Shown: piece by piece, positions 38,445 to 50,472 of the stretch
Position numbering within the stretch: the first letter of the stretch is position 1
How the letters are laid out: every line of letters starts with the position of its first letter
Assembly: GCA_026025075.1 (NCBI GenBank)
Contig: JAPEUI010000054.1
Span: 62,001-112,787, forward strand
Direction of reading: 5' to 3'
Origin: Vezdaea acicularis
Taxonomy: Eukaryota
DNA length: 50,787 bases
The notes under the pieces: model-generated
The model's input: only the letters and a program-made list of their open reading frames with translations
Told to the model about the DNA's origin: nothing
Database searches by the model: none
Translations under genes and position numbers: made by a program

Positions 38445-40985
38445 CTACTCCCACTTGTACAGGCCGTTTTTCTTCTTATCCATTGCCCACCTCTCACACC
38501 AAGCCTTCATCTTCTCCCTTGACTTGGCTGAACCCACATTGACAGTCGGGATGATCTTATCAATCCTCAGGGCACAAACAAACATAGTCAGCTCTCGGAA
38601 GCTACTATGCTCGCTATATGGCACACCAAAGCAGTTGGCCTCCCTTGTGCTACCTCGCTGTGGCTCTAGGTTCCCAACGCTATAATGAGATTTCCAGTTA
38701 TCTGAGTTGAGAACAGTCTGTACAACTGGAAGATCAGCCCGGCTACCTGGTGGACGGTAGTTCCATCCTGAGGGCCGGAACCCAACAACCCGCGAAAAAT
38801 GAGGTTTGTACGCCGTGAGGTATTCATGCAATGTCTCTGCCCTGATTTCGAACAGGGGTGTCATATGGACCTGAGCTTCTTGTGGATCCCTTGTCAAGAG
38901 CGCATCGAGCTCTGGGTCTTCTAGGCAGGCACATATCCGTTGCTTTGGGCCGGGTGCGTAGATCTTGCTCTTAAGCGCCTTCGCAATACCAACGCAGATA
39001 CGCTCCTTGCCGATACTATAGGTGCCGACTACAACCAGTAGCCTTCCTGGAGGCTCTTTGGCATTTGCATCTGATTTGACAAATTTGATCATGCCATTAC
39101 CTGTCTTCGTAAAGTCATCAGTGCCGTTGGTCAAATTTATGCATGCCTCAGCACATGCAGTGATCACTTCTTCTTGACTCGGGAAGGCATAACGGGGATT
39201 TAAGTAAGTGGTGTCGAGATAGCAAATGTTTATCTTTTGTTGCTTTCCGTCATTTACTGGCCGTAGCAGAGGATGGTTGATATGCTCTGGACAAGCTCTG
39301 AAGTCCCCACAATGGAGGATCCGGGTCTTTCCCTTTTCGAAGAGGAATATTGAACTTCCGGGGCAGTGATTCGCAGGAATCATCGTCACTCGCGCGCCTG
39401 TTCCAGGAACTTCGAACCCCTCTTCGAATTCGAGGGCGACAACCCACTTAGGGTCCACTCGCAGTTGCTGCCTTACAAGGTTTGCAGTGACTCGACTACA
39501 ATATATCGGTCCGTGCTGCCAGGTCGACGTCAAGCCAATGTAGTGATCGCTGTGAAAATGGCTCAAGAAGTAGGCATTACACCCTTCTACAGCGCCATAT
39601 CGGAAAGCGTCAACGCATATCGAGAAGCCTGTCAGAATCTTGTAAAAGGGGCAAGTTCTTTGGTACGCTGGCTTTCCTCGCGCTTGTTGTTCTGCGGCGG
39701 CTGCACTCGCCCAGGCGGTGTCTTCAGCATTTGAAGACATCATTTTTGAGAATGCTGAAGCATTACCGGACTTGGTACTTGCATAAGGATCTGCTTGTCC
39801 GGGCTTTGCAGGCCACACTGGCCGGCGAAAGCGATTCAAAGCTGATATCTCCTTCAGAGGTGGCTCGTCTTCTTGCTTTTCTGACTTGACCGGGACTGGA
39901 TCACCATCAAGGCAATGATTGACATGCTGGGTCGCCTCCTAAATAATAGAAAGGATAAGCCTTGATCATGGACAAGAGACGAGTATGATGATGATGTAAA
40001 GCTGGCTCTACCTCCGTTTGGTTAAAAACCAGCCTTAAACCGAAATCTAGCGTACCTCATTACTCATGCTCACGAGACTCAAATTGCATATCGGGCAGCC
40101 TTCAGCACCAGCATTGCTCTCAGCTGCTTCGATTTTGCTAAGGGCCACGTTTCCTTCGACATCATCATCGTCATCCTCACAAAAGATTCCATTTTCAGCC
40201 ATCTCAAGTCTTGCCTGCTCCTTTATCCATCGCCTCTCAGTATACTCGTCCCCCTCTCCGTACAGATCCTCTACAAAATCACCCATGCCGTCGAATCCAT
40301 CGTCAAAGTAGCTTGTAGATTCTCGTTTGAGTGTTAGAGGTGGCGTCATTGCATCCATCTTGAGTGGGTCTGTCTGTGCCTGCACAGGATCCAAACTGCC
40401 AACACCAGAGTTCTCTCCCTCGCTCTCACTATCCTCAAGAAAGGGGCCTCTCCTACGCTTGCCAGATCTTACTCTTGCTTTTGCTACTGCAGGTGTTTCG
40501 GAGCTGGGCGGTGACTCTGTCGTGACGCTAGAACTTGATGCTTCTGTCTTCTGCCTTTTGACAGGAATTGAATTCTCATTGTATCTTGTGACGTCTCCTG
40601 CCCGACTCAAAGACCGAAAAGGTTTCTCTGGCGATGGCGATCCCTGGAACGAGATATTACCATTGTCTTGGCCGCCTTGGACAAACAATCCATCGCTGTC
40701 GCTCGTCACAGGCTGCGAATCCGCCTTTTTGAAGTAGCTAAGGATACTCCCGTTGGACTTCCCTTTAAGCTTGGTATTTGACCGAGGCGGTGTAGCGGTA
40801 AAGGTTCTTTTTGCGCTTGCTGCTCCGTTGAGAGTCGTTTTCGACTTTTCGGCCAAGGGCATTGCTGGAGGAGGCAAATTCTTTGGTTTCGTCATGCCAG
40901 AAGGTGGGGTAGGAGGCCGGCCTGTCGAAGGCGTCGAAGCCAGTTTGGTGGATTCGGACGTATCCGTCCGGGGATTACGGAACAT
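38445..40985 (-). CDS. PSO2: DNA interstrand cross-link repair nuclease Pso2/Snm1 (beta-CASP metallo-beta-lactamase)
   Basis: LSHFHSDHY, ANHCPGS, LHCGDFR, YLDTTY, VPYSEHSS. The CPIC...HVNHCLD zinc finger is split by an intron ~40055-39940. Confidence 0.93.
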
Positions 40986-41460
40986 TCTCGCTCATATCGG
41001 TGGGTGGACGTCTACACTTGCTGCAGAGGGCAAGCGTCATACACTTAAGAGGGTTCCCCAGGAGTCGCGTAAAGCGGTTTCGTTCTCGCGATTTCGAAGC
41101 ACGAGATCACGAGACTCAAGATTGGATACCCCTTAGTCACACACATACATCAATTTCACTGCGAGTTTTGCCCAAATACAGTTCGGGTTATGTAGAATTG
41201 ATTGTCGCTGTATGAGAACGCTTTAGAATCTCATACGCAACGAGGGTCATGGACAGAAGCTCCGCGTCGTCCATAACTAGATGCCGAGAACTGTTGAAAG
41301 CTTCATTTTTGATATTATTGCATGTAGCTCGGATGCTTTCATTCGAGCTTCCGTAACGCCATAAATGCATTGCTGTTGGACGGTATCACGCTGGATACCT
41401 GAGTGCCTGCACGCAGCCCCCCTGCCTCAACCCCCAACTCCAACCCCAACCACCCTAACA

Positions 41461-41899
41461 CTATCGTGCCTTTGCCGGTTGAGCCGCCGCTTCTATACCT
41501 CAAATTAACCCATGTCCCATAACTTTAATACCTTAGCACCATGATGACACCGCGTCACTCACCTCGTCTCGTAGCATCCTCTAACAGGGCTGTATCCACC
41601 GCGGCGCCAGGTAGATGAACATATCTCACCACACTCCCCCTAATGAATACATTCTTCACACTTGACAGATGCGGGTATTTGATCTCTTCCACGACGGAGA
41701 TATCGTCGAGTTTAATATTGAGGTACTGGTCGACAGACTTCAAGGTACCCCGGATGGAGATGTCGTTTTTGAGCTCGACAGTCACTTCGTGGTCCACGAG
41801 GGTCTTGAAGAAGCTGTGGGGGGGGAAGGGAGAATTAGTGCAGGCTTGGGAGAGGGCTTCGGGAGTTGTTGGAGAGGAGATATACCTGAAGAACAGCAT
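41461..41899 (-). CDS. LSM2: U6 snRNA-associated Sm-like protein LSm2, 3 exons
   Basis: MLFF|SFFKTLVDHEVTVELKND...LKSVDQYLNIKL...FIRGSVVRYV...DATRR|EAAAQPAKAR*. Confidence 0.96.
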
Positions 41900-42139
41900 G
41901 CTGGCGGATTATGAAATTATTGATGGACATGTTGTTCGCTTCGCGAATAAAAGCATTTAGATTCGAACAGCTTTAGCATATATCATGTGATGGCGCGCAA
42001 CAAAGTCTCCCCTTCTAGCTAAACTACGGGAGTCATGAGGAAGAATGTTTGCTCTTGAGTGCTCTTGTTTATCTATCTATCTAGCTATTTACTAAGGAAA
42101 AGTGGGGTATCTCAGGTGAGGAGCTATATCGCTAATATA

Positions 42140-44779
42140 TCAACGCAAAGGCTTGCGGGCGTAGCCATTTAAGCAGCGCCAACCAGCGCCAACACTTTGC
42201 CCTTCCGTAAGTACAGATCGAACACCTTCCAGGAGCATCTCGTCAGGTTTTCCCATTTCCATCTGGAGCTTGAGCATCCACTTTTCCCAAGCCAAGCCCC
42301 CCGCCACACCAGTGATGGTTGCGGCATCCCTTGTCGTTGCCATTGGTTCTTCTTCTCCAGCTCCGCTCTGCTCATACCATTGCTGGCGCACGGCATTGGC
42401 TTTAGCCACTGGAGTCCCTGGGCCAACAGGGAGGAATATCCAGGCCCGCTTGACTGACCTGAAGCCAGCTCCCCTTAGACGACCTAGCCAAGCGCGGGTC
42501 GGGTTCGGGTCGTAGCCTCGAGTCTTAAGGTTGAAGCCGAACTCGACTGACATTGCTAGGCCATGTGGGCCGGCTCTCATGATCTCTGAGTCTAGGACAG
42601 AGTACTCGAGATAGCCACCAGGCTTCAAGCAGCGCATGCACTCCTTGAGACATAGATCGTACTCGTCTTCACCGTTTTCTGATGGTTTATCAGTCTTGAG
42701 AAGAGTGTGAAGTGTCCGTGCTGAGATGACATCAAAGTAGTTGTCGCTAAAAGGTAGACGCCACAGATTAGGCACAGAAACTGATCGGTGGTTTGTAGGT
42801 CCTCTCAGCGCGGCGTGCGACGGCTGCCTGCATGACTTAGTGACCACACTGTAGACTTTTACATTAGGATATTCGCGTGCACATTCCCATGCCCAGTCAC
42901 AGACTGGTTGGCCTCCCAGATCGAGTACTCGAGCGCGCTTGTTCTTGGACGCTGGTCCTGCTCGGGCTAGGCGACTTGCGGCTGGGCGGCTCATAAGTAG
43001 GCCACCATTTAGGGTCTTGTCAGCTGCAAGCTTCCACGTAGCGGCATCGATTTGCTCGAGAGCATCTTGCTCTTTCGCTGCTCTGATCACATGCTTCGCC
43101 TCCTCTGTAGGCGATTCGGCTACACACTTTTTGTCAGATGCTTGATATGCACCCATTAAGCGCAATCTGTGGGCCTCCGGAGCGCAAAGTCTGCGGACTT
43201 GAAGAGCTTCAAAGCGCTGCTCCCGGTGGGTGAATCCGTCCGCTTCGTCAGTGTTGGCCGCTGTGTGCTGGAAGGCTCGAATGAAGACAGATTCTTTCTT
43301 TTCGGGGTCAACATGCTGTTGCTCTGAGAGGGCGGCTGAGAATCTGATCGAGCTTTTCGCAGGAGAGGTATCTTTGGCTCCTGACACCGATTCTTGCTCT
43401 TCTTCTTCGATCGGCGCAACACTTATGTCTACAGCTTCCCGAAGCGTAGTTAATACATCTTCTTGTTGTCGGAGCCACATGCTAGTTCGCTCGAAATTGG
43501 CCGAACCAACTTCTTGAAGGGTGGAGACGTAATTCTCGTCGTAATCTACGGTGATTTCTGTGACTTGGGTAGGTTCCCCTTGAGAGCTGTTGAGTTGGAG
43601 TGAGGATTGTCGCCGTGGGAGTTTTAACGGGATTGCTGTTGGTGGACCATCCATTGCACTCTCTCCAGCATCGATGACTTGCTCTATGGTTTGATTGTCG
43701 GCAGGACTGAAAGGTACCCCATAGAAGTTCGCAGCGAGGGCAGAGGACGGTGTGATGGCAGATGCTGGGCACCATGTGCTCCGAGCACCAGCTGCTAGAG
43801 AAGAGAAGAAACCACCTGGTGAAGGAATACCAAGGTCGGGAAGGGTCATTTGAGTCGCTGGAGTCTGAGCATCAAAACTGTTCCGTCGTCGAGAGGGCTG
43901 TGTAAGCTGCTCCATCTCGGCCGGCGCTTCCAGAGGCGTCTGTATAACAGATTCGCCTGCTGAGAAGAACTGCAATGTGTTCATTGCATCAGGTGGAAGT
44001 TGTATTCCGCCATCCCATTGGGCTTCATCAGCATCGGTGCCCTCGGAAGGTCTTGGTGAAGATCGCACGGTCCACTGTTGTTGATCGTCTGCGCATGCAC
44101 CTGTTGAGGGTGTGGGTGGGGCTTCTGAGCTTGCAAGCTGCTCTGATGTCAAGCTACCATCAAGTGACGGTGGTGCAGTAGATGATGGAGCTTCTTGGTT
44201 AAAAAGGGATAATACCGCAGGTGAGATCGGGATTTTTGGAGGTGGTGTTGGCGGGACTGGAGAGTTCTTCATGGTTGCGGCTATGCCTCCTGTGGGGATC
44301 TGCAACGAGAGCCTGTTCTTAGAAGCCCCAGTATTCCAAGGTAATCTAAATGAATCCCGTCTTGGGGAGTAGAAGCTCGAGTTCGACATGTCCAAACCCA
44401 CTTTTATTTCGGGGACATGATCTCGGCTTTCATCGGCTTCATCCTCGCTGAGATCGTATAAGCTGTCGTAAGACCGCCGACTCGGATCACCCATTGGAGG
44501 ATCGTCAATCGGCGAGGGTGTTGTGGAATCATCGAATGCCATTTGATTTACCAGTGGGGAGACTGGCGATGCTCGGACTGAGAACTGATTGGCACGTGGG
44601 GTCGGGAAGTTGTCACTTTGGGGGGATTTGAAAGCCATTCTTGAGCTCGACATCCGCTTTCTCCTGTTGGGAGACGCTGGCTGATTGTATATTGAAAGTG
44701 CAGGCCTTTGCAGATGCCTCCGAGCCTGCTCAGATGATGAGGGTTTGTACGCAACACTTGGAAGGAGCTCGATCTCCAT
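42140..44779 (-). CDS. Fungal protein with long Pro/Ser-rich N-terminus and C-terminal class I methyltransferase-like domain
   Basis: 879-aa ORF. RVLDLGG, LPFSDNYFDVISAR, ECMRCLKPGGYLE. Confidence 0.85.
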   Translation of the reverse strand: MEIELLPSVAYKPSSSEQARRHLQRPALSIYNQPASPNRRKRMSSSRMAFKSPQSDNFPTPRANQFSVRASPVSPLVNQMAFDDSTTPSPIDDPPMGDPSRRSYDSLYDLSEDEADESRDHVPEIKVGLDMSNSSFYSPRRDSFRLPWNTGASKNRLSLQIPTGGIAATMKNSPVPPTPPPKIPISPAVLSLFNQEAPSSTAPPSLDGSLTSEQLASSEAPPTPSTGACADDQQQWTVRSSPRPSEGTDADEAQWDGGIQLPPDAMNTLQFFSAGESVIQTPLEAPAEMEQLTQPSRRRNSFDAQTPATQMTLPDLGIPSPGGFFSSLAAGARSTWCPASAITPSSALAANFYGVPFSPADNQTIEQVIDAGESAMDGPPTAIPLKLPRRQSSLQLNSSQGEPTQVTEITVDYDENYVSTLQEVGSANFERTSMWLRQQEDVLTTLREAVDISVAPIEEEEQESVSGAKDTSPAKSSIRFSAALSEQQHVDPEKKESVFIRAFQHTAANTDEADGFTHREQRFEALQVRRLCAPEAHRLRLMGAYQASDKKCVAESPTEEAKHVIRAAKEQDALEQIDAATWKLAADKTLNGGLLMSRPAASRLARAGPASKNKRARVLDLGGQPVCDWAWECAREYPNVKVYSVVTKSCRQPSHAALRGPTNHRSVSVPNLWRLPFSDNYFDVISARTLHTLLKTDKPSENGEDEYDLCLKECMRCLKPGGYLEYSVLDSEIMRAGPHGLAMSVEFGFNLKTRGYDPNPTRAWLGRLRGAGFRSVKRAWIFLPVGPGTPVAKANAVRQQWYEQSGAGEEEPMATTRDAATITGVAGGLAWEKWMLKLQMEMGKPDEMLLEGVRSVLTEGQSVGAGWRCLNGYARKPLR

Positions 44780-45912
44780 GATGCAGGTGATTATATGTGG
44801 TGACTGTCACCGTTGCCTGAAGTATATTACGTAGACTGAGTATATACGCTGAGATAAGATGTAGAAATGAGGCGGAAGATGATAAAGCATAAACCTTATG
44901 GACACATGAGAGAGTTAAGAGGAAGATGACGAGCCATCACTACAGGATGTGCCCTACTTTAAAACGAGGTCCGCATTGTCTCGACCTCCTCCGAAACGTC
45001 TCTGCAACACAGAGCAGGTCAATACTCCCAGCGCCAGCGCGGTCGAGACGCCGACATCGTGGGCGCGTATCTCGTGGAGACAGCTTGAAGGCCCATTCGG
45101 CGGCCACAATACCGCCACCCACGATGTGATAGGTGTGCTGATACCGTTGCATAGCATCAGAGCGTGACTGCATAATGAGCATAAGGGGGTGGCCTGTAAA
45201 GGTCTCCGAGTGATTGGTGCTAGAACCAGTCAATTATGAAGGGCTGCAGATGGCCATCAGGGACAAAGCAGGATGCGCGCGGTGACGGTTGTGGTTGGTC
45301 GAGGCGAGAAATTGGTTGGCGAATCACAGAGCACAGCGCTGGCCAACCGCTCAGCTTTGGAAATGTCTCGAGTAGCTGGGCGCGTATTTCCCTCCGTACC
45401 ACATTGTACCTGACCGCCATGATCGACAGGCCCCATTTCTCGAAGGAGCAGACCACTGCTTGAAAGGCCGGAGTGACCTTTGCGCACTATCGATTCCTAT
45501 ACCGATTTTCTGAAAATCACTATCACGCCGCGCCAAATCGTCAAGTCTTCCGACCTTTTCCGTACTTCCGTACACTGTTAATCGTGGTTCAATACTTTGG
45601 TAACTCGCAAAGCCCTGGATGCATTTGCATCATGAGCAAGAGGAGTATTTGTTGTTATTATGTAGGAAGTGGTGCTGCTGCTCGACCATGCTGGTCTCCA
45701 ACTCATCTACCGTACGCGCTAACAACTGACGTAGCCTGCCCCGCTATGTTCGCCAAATCTTCTCGATCCAGTTGCCCCGCGGTGGGACCACATCCTGAGT
45801 ACCTGCGGCACGCGTTCACCTAGCGTTACGCTGACTGGAGAGTTCCCAAAAGCCATACCTGCCTCAAGACCGCTGTCGATTGTTTGAACCGCCCCTTATA
45901 GAATCTTCCATC

Positions 45913-46806
45913 ATGGCGCCAAAAGCAATCATAGCGCCCTCGATTCTATCCGCCGACTTCAGTTGTCTTGGCGCCCAATGCTCCCAAACGATGACGGATG
46001 GCGCGGACTGGCTCCACATCGACATTATGGACGGACACTTCGTGCCGAACATGACATTCGGCGCTCCAGTTGTAACAAAGATACGGCCTCACGTGGGGCG
46101 GCCGACAACAGCGCATGGCAAGGGAACCTTCGACTGCCATATGATGGTCAAGGAGGTGAGACATCACACCATGAGTATGGAGCAAGAATGTATAGTAGGC
46201 TGGGCTGACAGAGTAAATAGCCAAAGAGATGGGTTCGAGATTTCAAGGACGCGGGATGTGACCTGTATTGTTTTCATTATGAAGCGGCTGTCGACTCAAC
46301 AGCAGCAGATAGTCCGGCGGGAAAGTCGGACAAGCTGACTAACCCTAAGGAGCTCATCAAATTTATCCACGATAACCACATGAGAGCAGGCATAGCAATC
46401 AAACCAGAAACACGTGTGGATGTATTGTGGGATATCTTAGAGAATCCAGAAAGACTGGAGGTACCCGATGTAAGTAGCTCCGGCTGCTCTGGCGACCGTT
46501 TATATCAGGACAAAGATTATTGATGCGTCGTAGATGGTCCTGGTTATGACCGTTCATCCAGGCTTTGGTGGTCAGAAATTTATGGCGTCTGAATTACCTA
46601 AAGTAAGAGCGCTACGTGACCGGTACCCCGACCTCAATATTGAAGTCGACGGAGGTCTTGGTATAGGCACAATTGACGAAGCCGCTGATGCTGGCGCGAA
46701 TGTGATTGTAGCAGGGTCGGCGGTTTTCGGCGCTAAAGATCCTGCTGATGTGATCACAAAATTGCGAGAGGCGGTTGATAAACGAAGAGAGGCTGGTAAG
46801 ATATGA
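45913..46806 (+). CDS. RPE1: Ribulose-phosphate 3-epimerase, spliced
   Basis: [55 protein letters not shown]. Confidence 0.97.
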
Positions 46807-47111
46807 TAGATGCCACCATCAGAATTCTATAGTTCCTAGAATGCTAGCGTTTGAATGATGCCTTGTAAGCTCAGTTGTGCGTTGACTGGATCGTGGTCTA
46901 GATCACCAATACCACCGATGGCATAAGTATCAAAATCGTAGAAGCGAGCCAGAAGAAGATAGGCTAGAAGAGTAAATAACTGCGAGCCGAGGAAGCGACG
47001 AAGCTAGTAGAGAGAGGCATGTATCTCAACTAGGGGCTTAAATGACGCGCAATGGTAGGAGGGCAGTAAACATCCCAGGTCACGGAAACGAAAGTCCGTT
47101 ATGGGCATTCT

Positions 47112-48314
47112 TCAATCAGCCACTGTGGTCCCAGCCTCTTTGGGATCAGCCGCTGCTTGAGTTTGTGTGTTGCCTGGTTCAGAATGGCTAGTTGCAGTAC
47201 TTGCAGTAGGCTCCACAGGTTCCGCAGTATGTGCAGCTTTTGTGTTCTGTCCGGGGATCTCCTTCGCAACGTCCTCTTCATCTTGTTCTTCATCCTCTTC
47301 GGGTATAGCTTGGTCATCCTCGATCTGCTTGATCTCTTCAACAGAGGCTGTGGACACGTTCGAACCTCTGTGTTGCAGCGTGCCGATTGGCAGATTTGAG
47401 GCTGGATCTGGCTTCGTCGCAGATATAGAATCCGAACTCAGGACGGCCTCTGCGTGTGGTTCCACTGCTCTTTTAGATTGCTCCAACTCAGCTTCCTCTG
47501 CCTCATGAATAGAGATTCTCTTCGCGTTAGGGCTTGCAGACATTGTCTCCGGTGCAGCAGCTTCAGAGGCGGTATAACTTCCAGTCGGTGGGGGAGCTAC
47601 CGCAGAATGGACTAGAACTTTGTCTACTTCTTTCGTGGAAGAGTTCGGTTCGGAAATCTCACCGGCAGCAACCTTGCTGTCTCCTAAGCCCTTTGCTTTT
47701 CCCTCGCTAGCTTTCTTAGCAGCTTCTTCTCCTGCCTGTTTCATTGCCACAGTAAAGGCAGTAGGTGTAGCACCAGCGGGTACCTTAGGTTTTTCCCCCA
47801 CTGTCTGAGGCACATTTGATAGCGTGCCCAAAGACGTAGGCCCTGTTGAAGTACCAGAAATCCCTCCAATTGCAGGGACAGGGCCAATCTTCTCCTTCAG
47901 CTCGCCGTATTCATTCCAGTCTTCAATCTCGGTCAGATCCTATTGGTAGTCGCTGATTAGCCCGCTATTTTGTATGGAGCGTATTAATGGACTCTATCAT
48001 ACTCCAACCGGATAGCCCAATCTCATAAGCCCAGGAAGCTTACGGCCTCCAGCTCTTCTTCCCCACAACTTGCGTGCATTCTCATCTGTTGCCAAATCAA
48101 TTGCTCGAAAAGGTATCTTATTGGCTTTGAGAATGGTTTCGAGCCTAGACGTAGCAGTAATGATATGTGAGGACCCCGCTGTTAAGGAAGTACATAGGTA
48201 TAGTGTCTCGTCCGTCTGTGAATACCTGAATCAGTGCCCCACATTTTAGATCGGAGGAAAAGATGCCATCCTGCGTCGACGTACATAGTAGGAAGTTGAC
48301 GCTGACTCGGCCAT
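47112..48314 (-). CDS. SH3BGR-like thioredoxin-fold protein with long acidic low-complexity tail, 3 exons
   Basis: An exon missing from the ORF track encodes LYLCTSLTAGSSHIITATSRLETILKANKIPFRAIDLATDENARKLWGRRAGGRKLPGL, spliced to DLTEIEDWNEYGELKE. Confidence 0.8.
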
Positions 48315-48673
48315 GGTGTTTCTTGAGTCTAGAACTCAGACGCGAAGGATTCTTTGGAAGGTGCGTTATTGAACCTTTCTATCCGATTGACTACTAGAGG
48401 ACGAGATACTCCTTCCTCCGGTTGACGTAGTTGTCGGGTCGGCTAAACTCTGCTCGTAGAACTTGCCAAGGTTTCGTTTTCTGCCAGAATGACACGCGAT
48501 CGGCAAAGTTCTTCTCGAACGATGTATTGGTTATCCGTAGGCCTAAGAATTTCTCTAGAATTCCGATACAGTTATTGGGCTTGGTGCAACTAAGTTACAA
48601 AGACTGCTGACCAGCGGGTTTCTTAAGTGGGGGACGACTCAAGCGAAGCGGAACATTCTGATCATCCACCACA

Positions 48674-48935
48674 TGTGAGGCGTAGGCGTACGAGTAGGGA
48701 GCAGACTAAACCGTATCCGGCGTAGAGCAAGCGTCACTCAGGGGGGTCACTATAGGTATCGAGAAGTATAGCATATAGTAGCAGTCAATGAATACGTCTA
48801 TGTGGATTGTGTATTGAATGCTGGGGAGCCATGCCTCAGGGCTTCCCCGCATTCCTATCTACGGTGCGTCACGTGACTCAAGCCTAGTGCAGGCATAGCG
48901 CAGGCTGCGATCACGGGATGGGTACGTTCGTGACA
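48674..48935 (-). repeat. Putative 3' LTR, ~262 bp
   Basis: TGT...ACA termini, internal GTCACGTGAC palindrome (48868-48877) and TCAATACA motif (48817-48810). The 48935 end is anchored by the PPT. The 48674 end is the best TGT candidate and is less certain. Confidence 0.62.
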
Positions 48936-48950
48936 ACTACCCCCTCTCCT
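48936..48950 (-). other. Polypurine tract (plus-strand primer site)
   Basis: AGGAGAGGGGGTAGT abuts the TG start of the LTR. Confidence 0.68.
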
Positions 48951-49332
48951 ATGGCTGCGGTCCCCGCAGACTTATGCTAGGGTTCTTTTCTACTATATCC
49001 GCTGCTAGCATCTTATGCTAGCTTCAGCGTATGCTAGCTGTTGCAGCTAGATTCATCTCAATAAGTACCGTAGGCTGCCGTCTCAAGAGGCGCTCAGGAG
49101 AAGAGCAGGCCCTATTGTCGATTGCTGCGGCTCTATTGTTCTTTGTATTGAGATGCATCCCCTTTGTTTCAGGTTGGACAGGGATCTTTTTGGCGTTTCC
49201 TGAGTCTCTCAAGACTAGCTCAAGCTTCACTTGAGCGATAGTCTTGCGAGATCGTATGCTTCATGACGGAGAGTTATGAACTTTCACTTCGACGTCATGT
49301 CATCGCCTTGTGGGGCTTTCTGCCGTCCCGCC

Positions 49333-49339
49333 TATATAA
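49333..49339 (+). promoter_or_regulatory. TATA box of the 49455 gene
   Basis: CC-TATATAA-GG ~120 bp upstream of the ATG, followed by a pyrimidine-rich tract. Confidence 0.6.
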
Positions 49340-49454
49340 GGCAGCGGATCCCCCACTTTTTTTCGTCCAACCTTCTTCCTCTTTACACCTTGCTGGTGTC
49401 CTTTCTTTTGCTCTCTGCTCATAGCTTAATCAAGCTATAATCAAGCTCTTTACT

Positions 49455-50472
49455 ATGTCTCGCATTCGTCCTCCCGAGGATGCACAAGTGCCCTTCGAGG
49501 AAGGAGTCGTGCCTGGCCGGCTTGCCAATCCACCTGAGATGACTCGTCGGGTCTGTCTCAGATGCATGAAGAGAGTTGATCAAGATCCTGGGGCCGAATG
49601 TGCTCGTCTCACTCCATTGACAAAGTGTACCTACTGTCAGGAGTTCAACCATCTTTGTCATGACGTGAGTATCCCTTGATTCTCTCACGAGCTCAGCTAA
49701 TCGCTCATAGGTTCCGGTCCCTTATGTCGCTATTGCCAATAAACTCCTCGAGCATGCTGACGTCTTGTGGGGTATGGGTGAGTAGCTCTAGGATACCTCA
49801 TGAGTATAGCTTGCTAACGCTCTGAGTTCTAGGTCCCGATCACCCGCGATACAAGGACGGTCAGGCTCTTTTGGCTCGCAAGACGGCTATCTTCGCCAAG
49901 GACGTTGAGGCATGGCGCAAGGCCAACGATCCGACTCGCAATACCCAGGACGAGGCTCAACGTTCACGAGATGCCACTCAAAAGGGTATTCGTCTGGCTC
50001 TCGAGGCTCTTGTTGACGTTACTCGGTATATTGTAAGTGCTCCTTCTCAAGCCCAGCTCTAAGGCTACTCTTGAGTTAAGCCTGCTAACTCTTCTTCCAG
50101 GCCCGCCTTCCGTCTCTTCCTCTTGGCCGCTGGTTCGAAGACGACGAGTACGGTCTGAACTGGAACTACTTCTTCGAGGGTCGCGATCAGGACGGCACTC
50201 CTATTCCCGGAGTTGAGCCCATGGACCCGCCTCTCCCTACAACCTTGGTGGTGAGAACTCCAAGACGCAGTACCTTCTTCCTTTCTGGCCCTGATCCCCC
50301 CGCGCTTGCTCCCAGCTCCGATCCTGCTTCCGGTTCTGACCCTCCTGGCCTGCCCAACGTGACGAACTACGACACTGAGGACCCGGACGACAATGACGGA
50401 GAGGACGAGAACGCCGAACTGGACTCCGCTGGGGCAGCACGTCGTGGCTTCTCTTCCGTCAATAATCAGTAG
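49455..50472 (+). CDS. 4-exon gene, 282 aa, atypical Zn2Cys6-like cluster with Pro-rich/acidic tail, antisense within the putative retroelement
   Basis: Exons 49455-49664, 49711-49777, 49833-50032 and 50101-50472. Introns GTGAGT/GCTAAT/TAG, GTGAGT/GCTAAC/TAG and GTAAGT/GCTAAC/CAG. The spliced frame is open for 849 nt. Confidence 0.85.

Noticed and set aside
44926..45823. Short ORFs between the methyltransferase-like gene and RPE1
   Set aside because: Divergent promoter region with no family signal.
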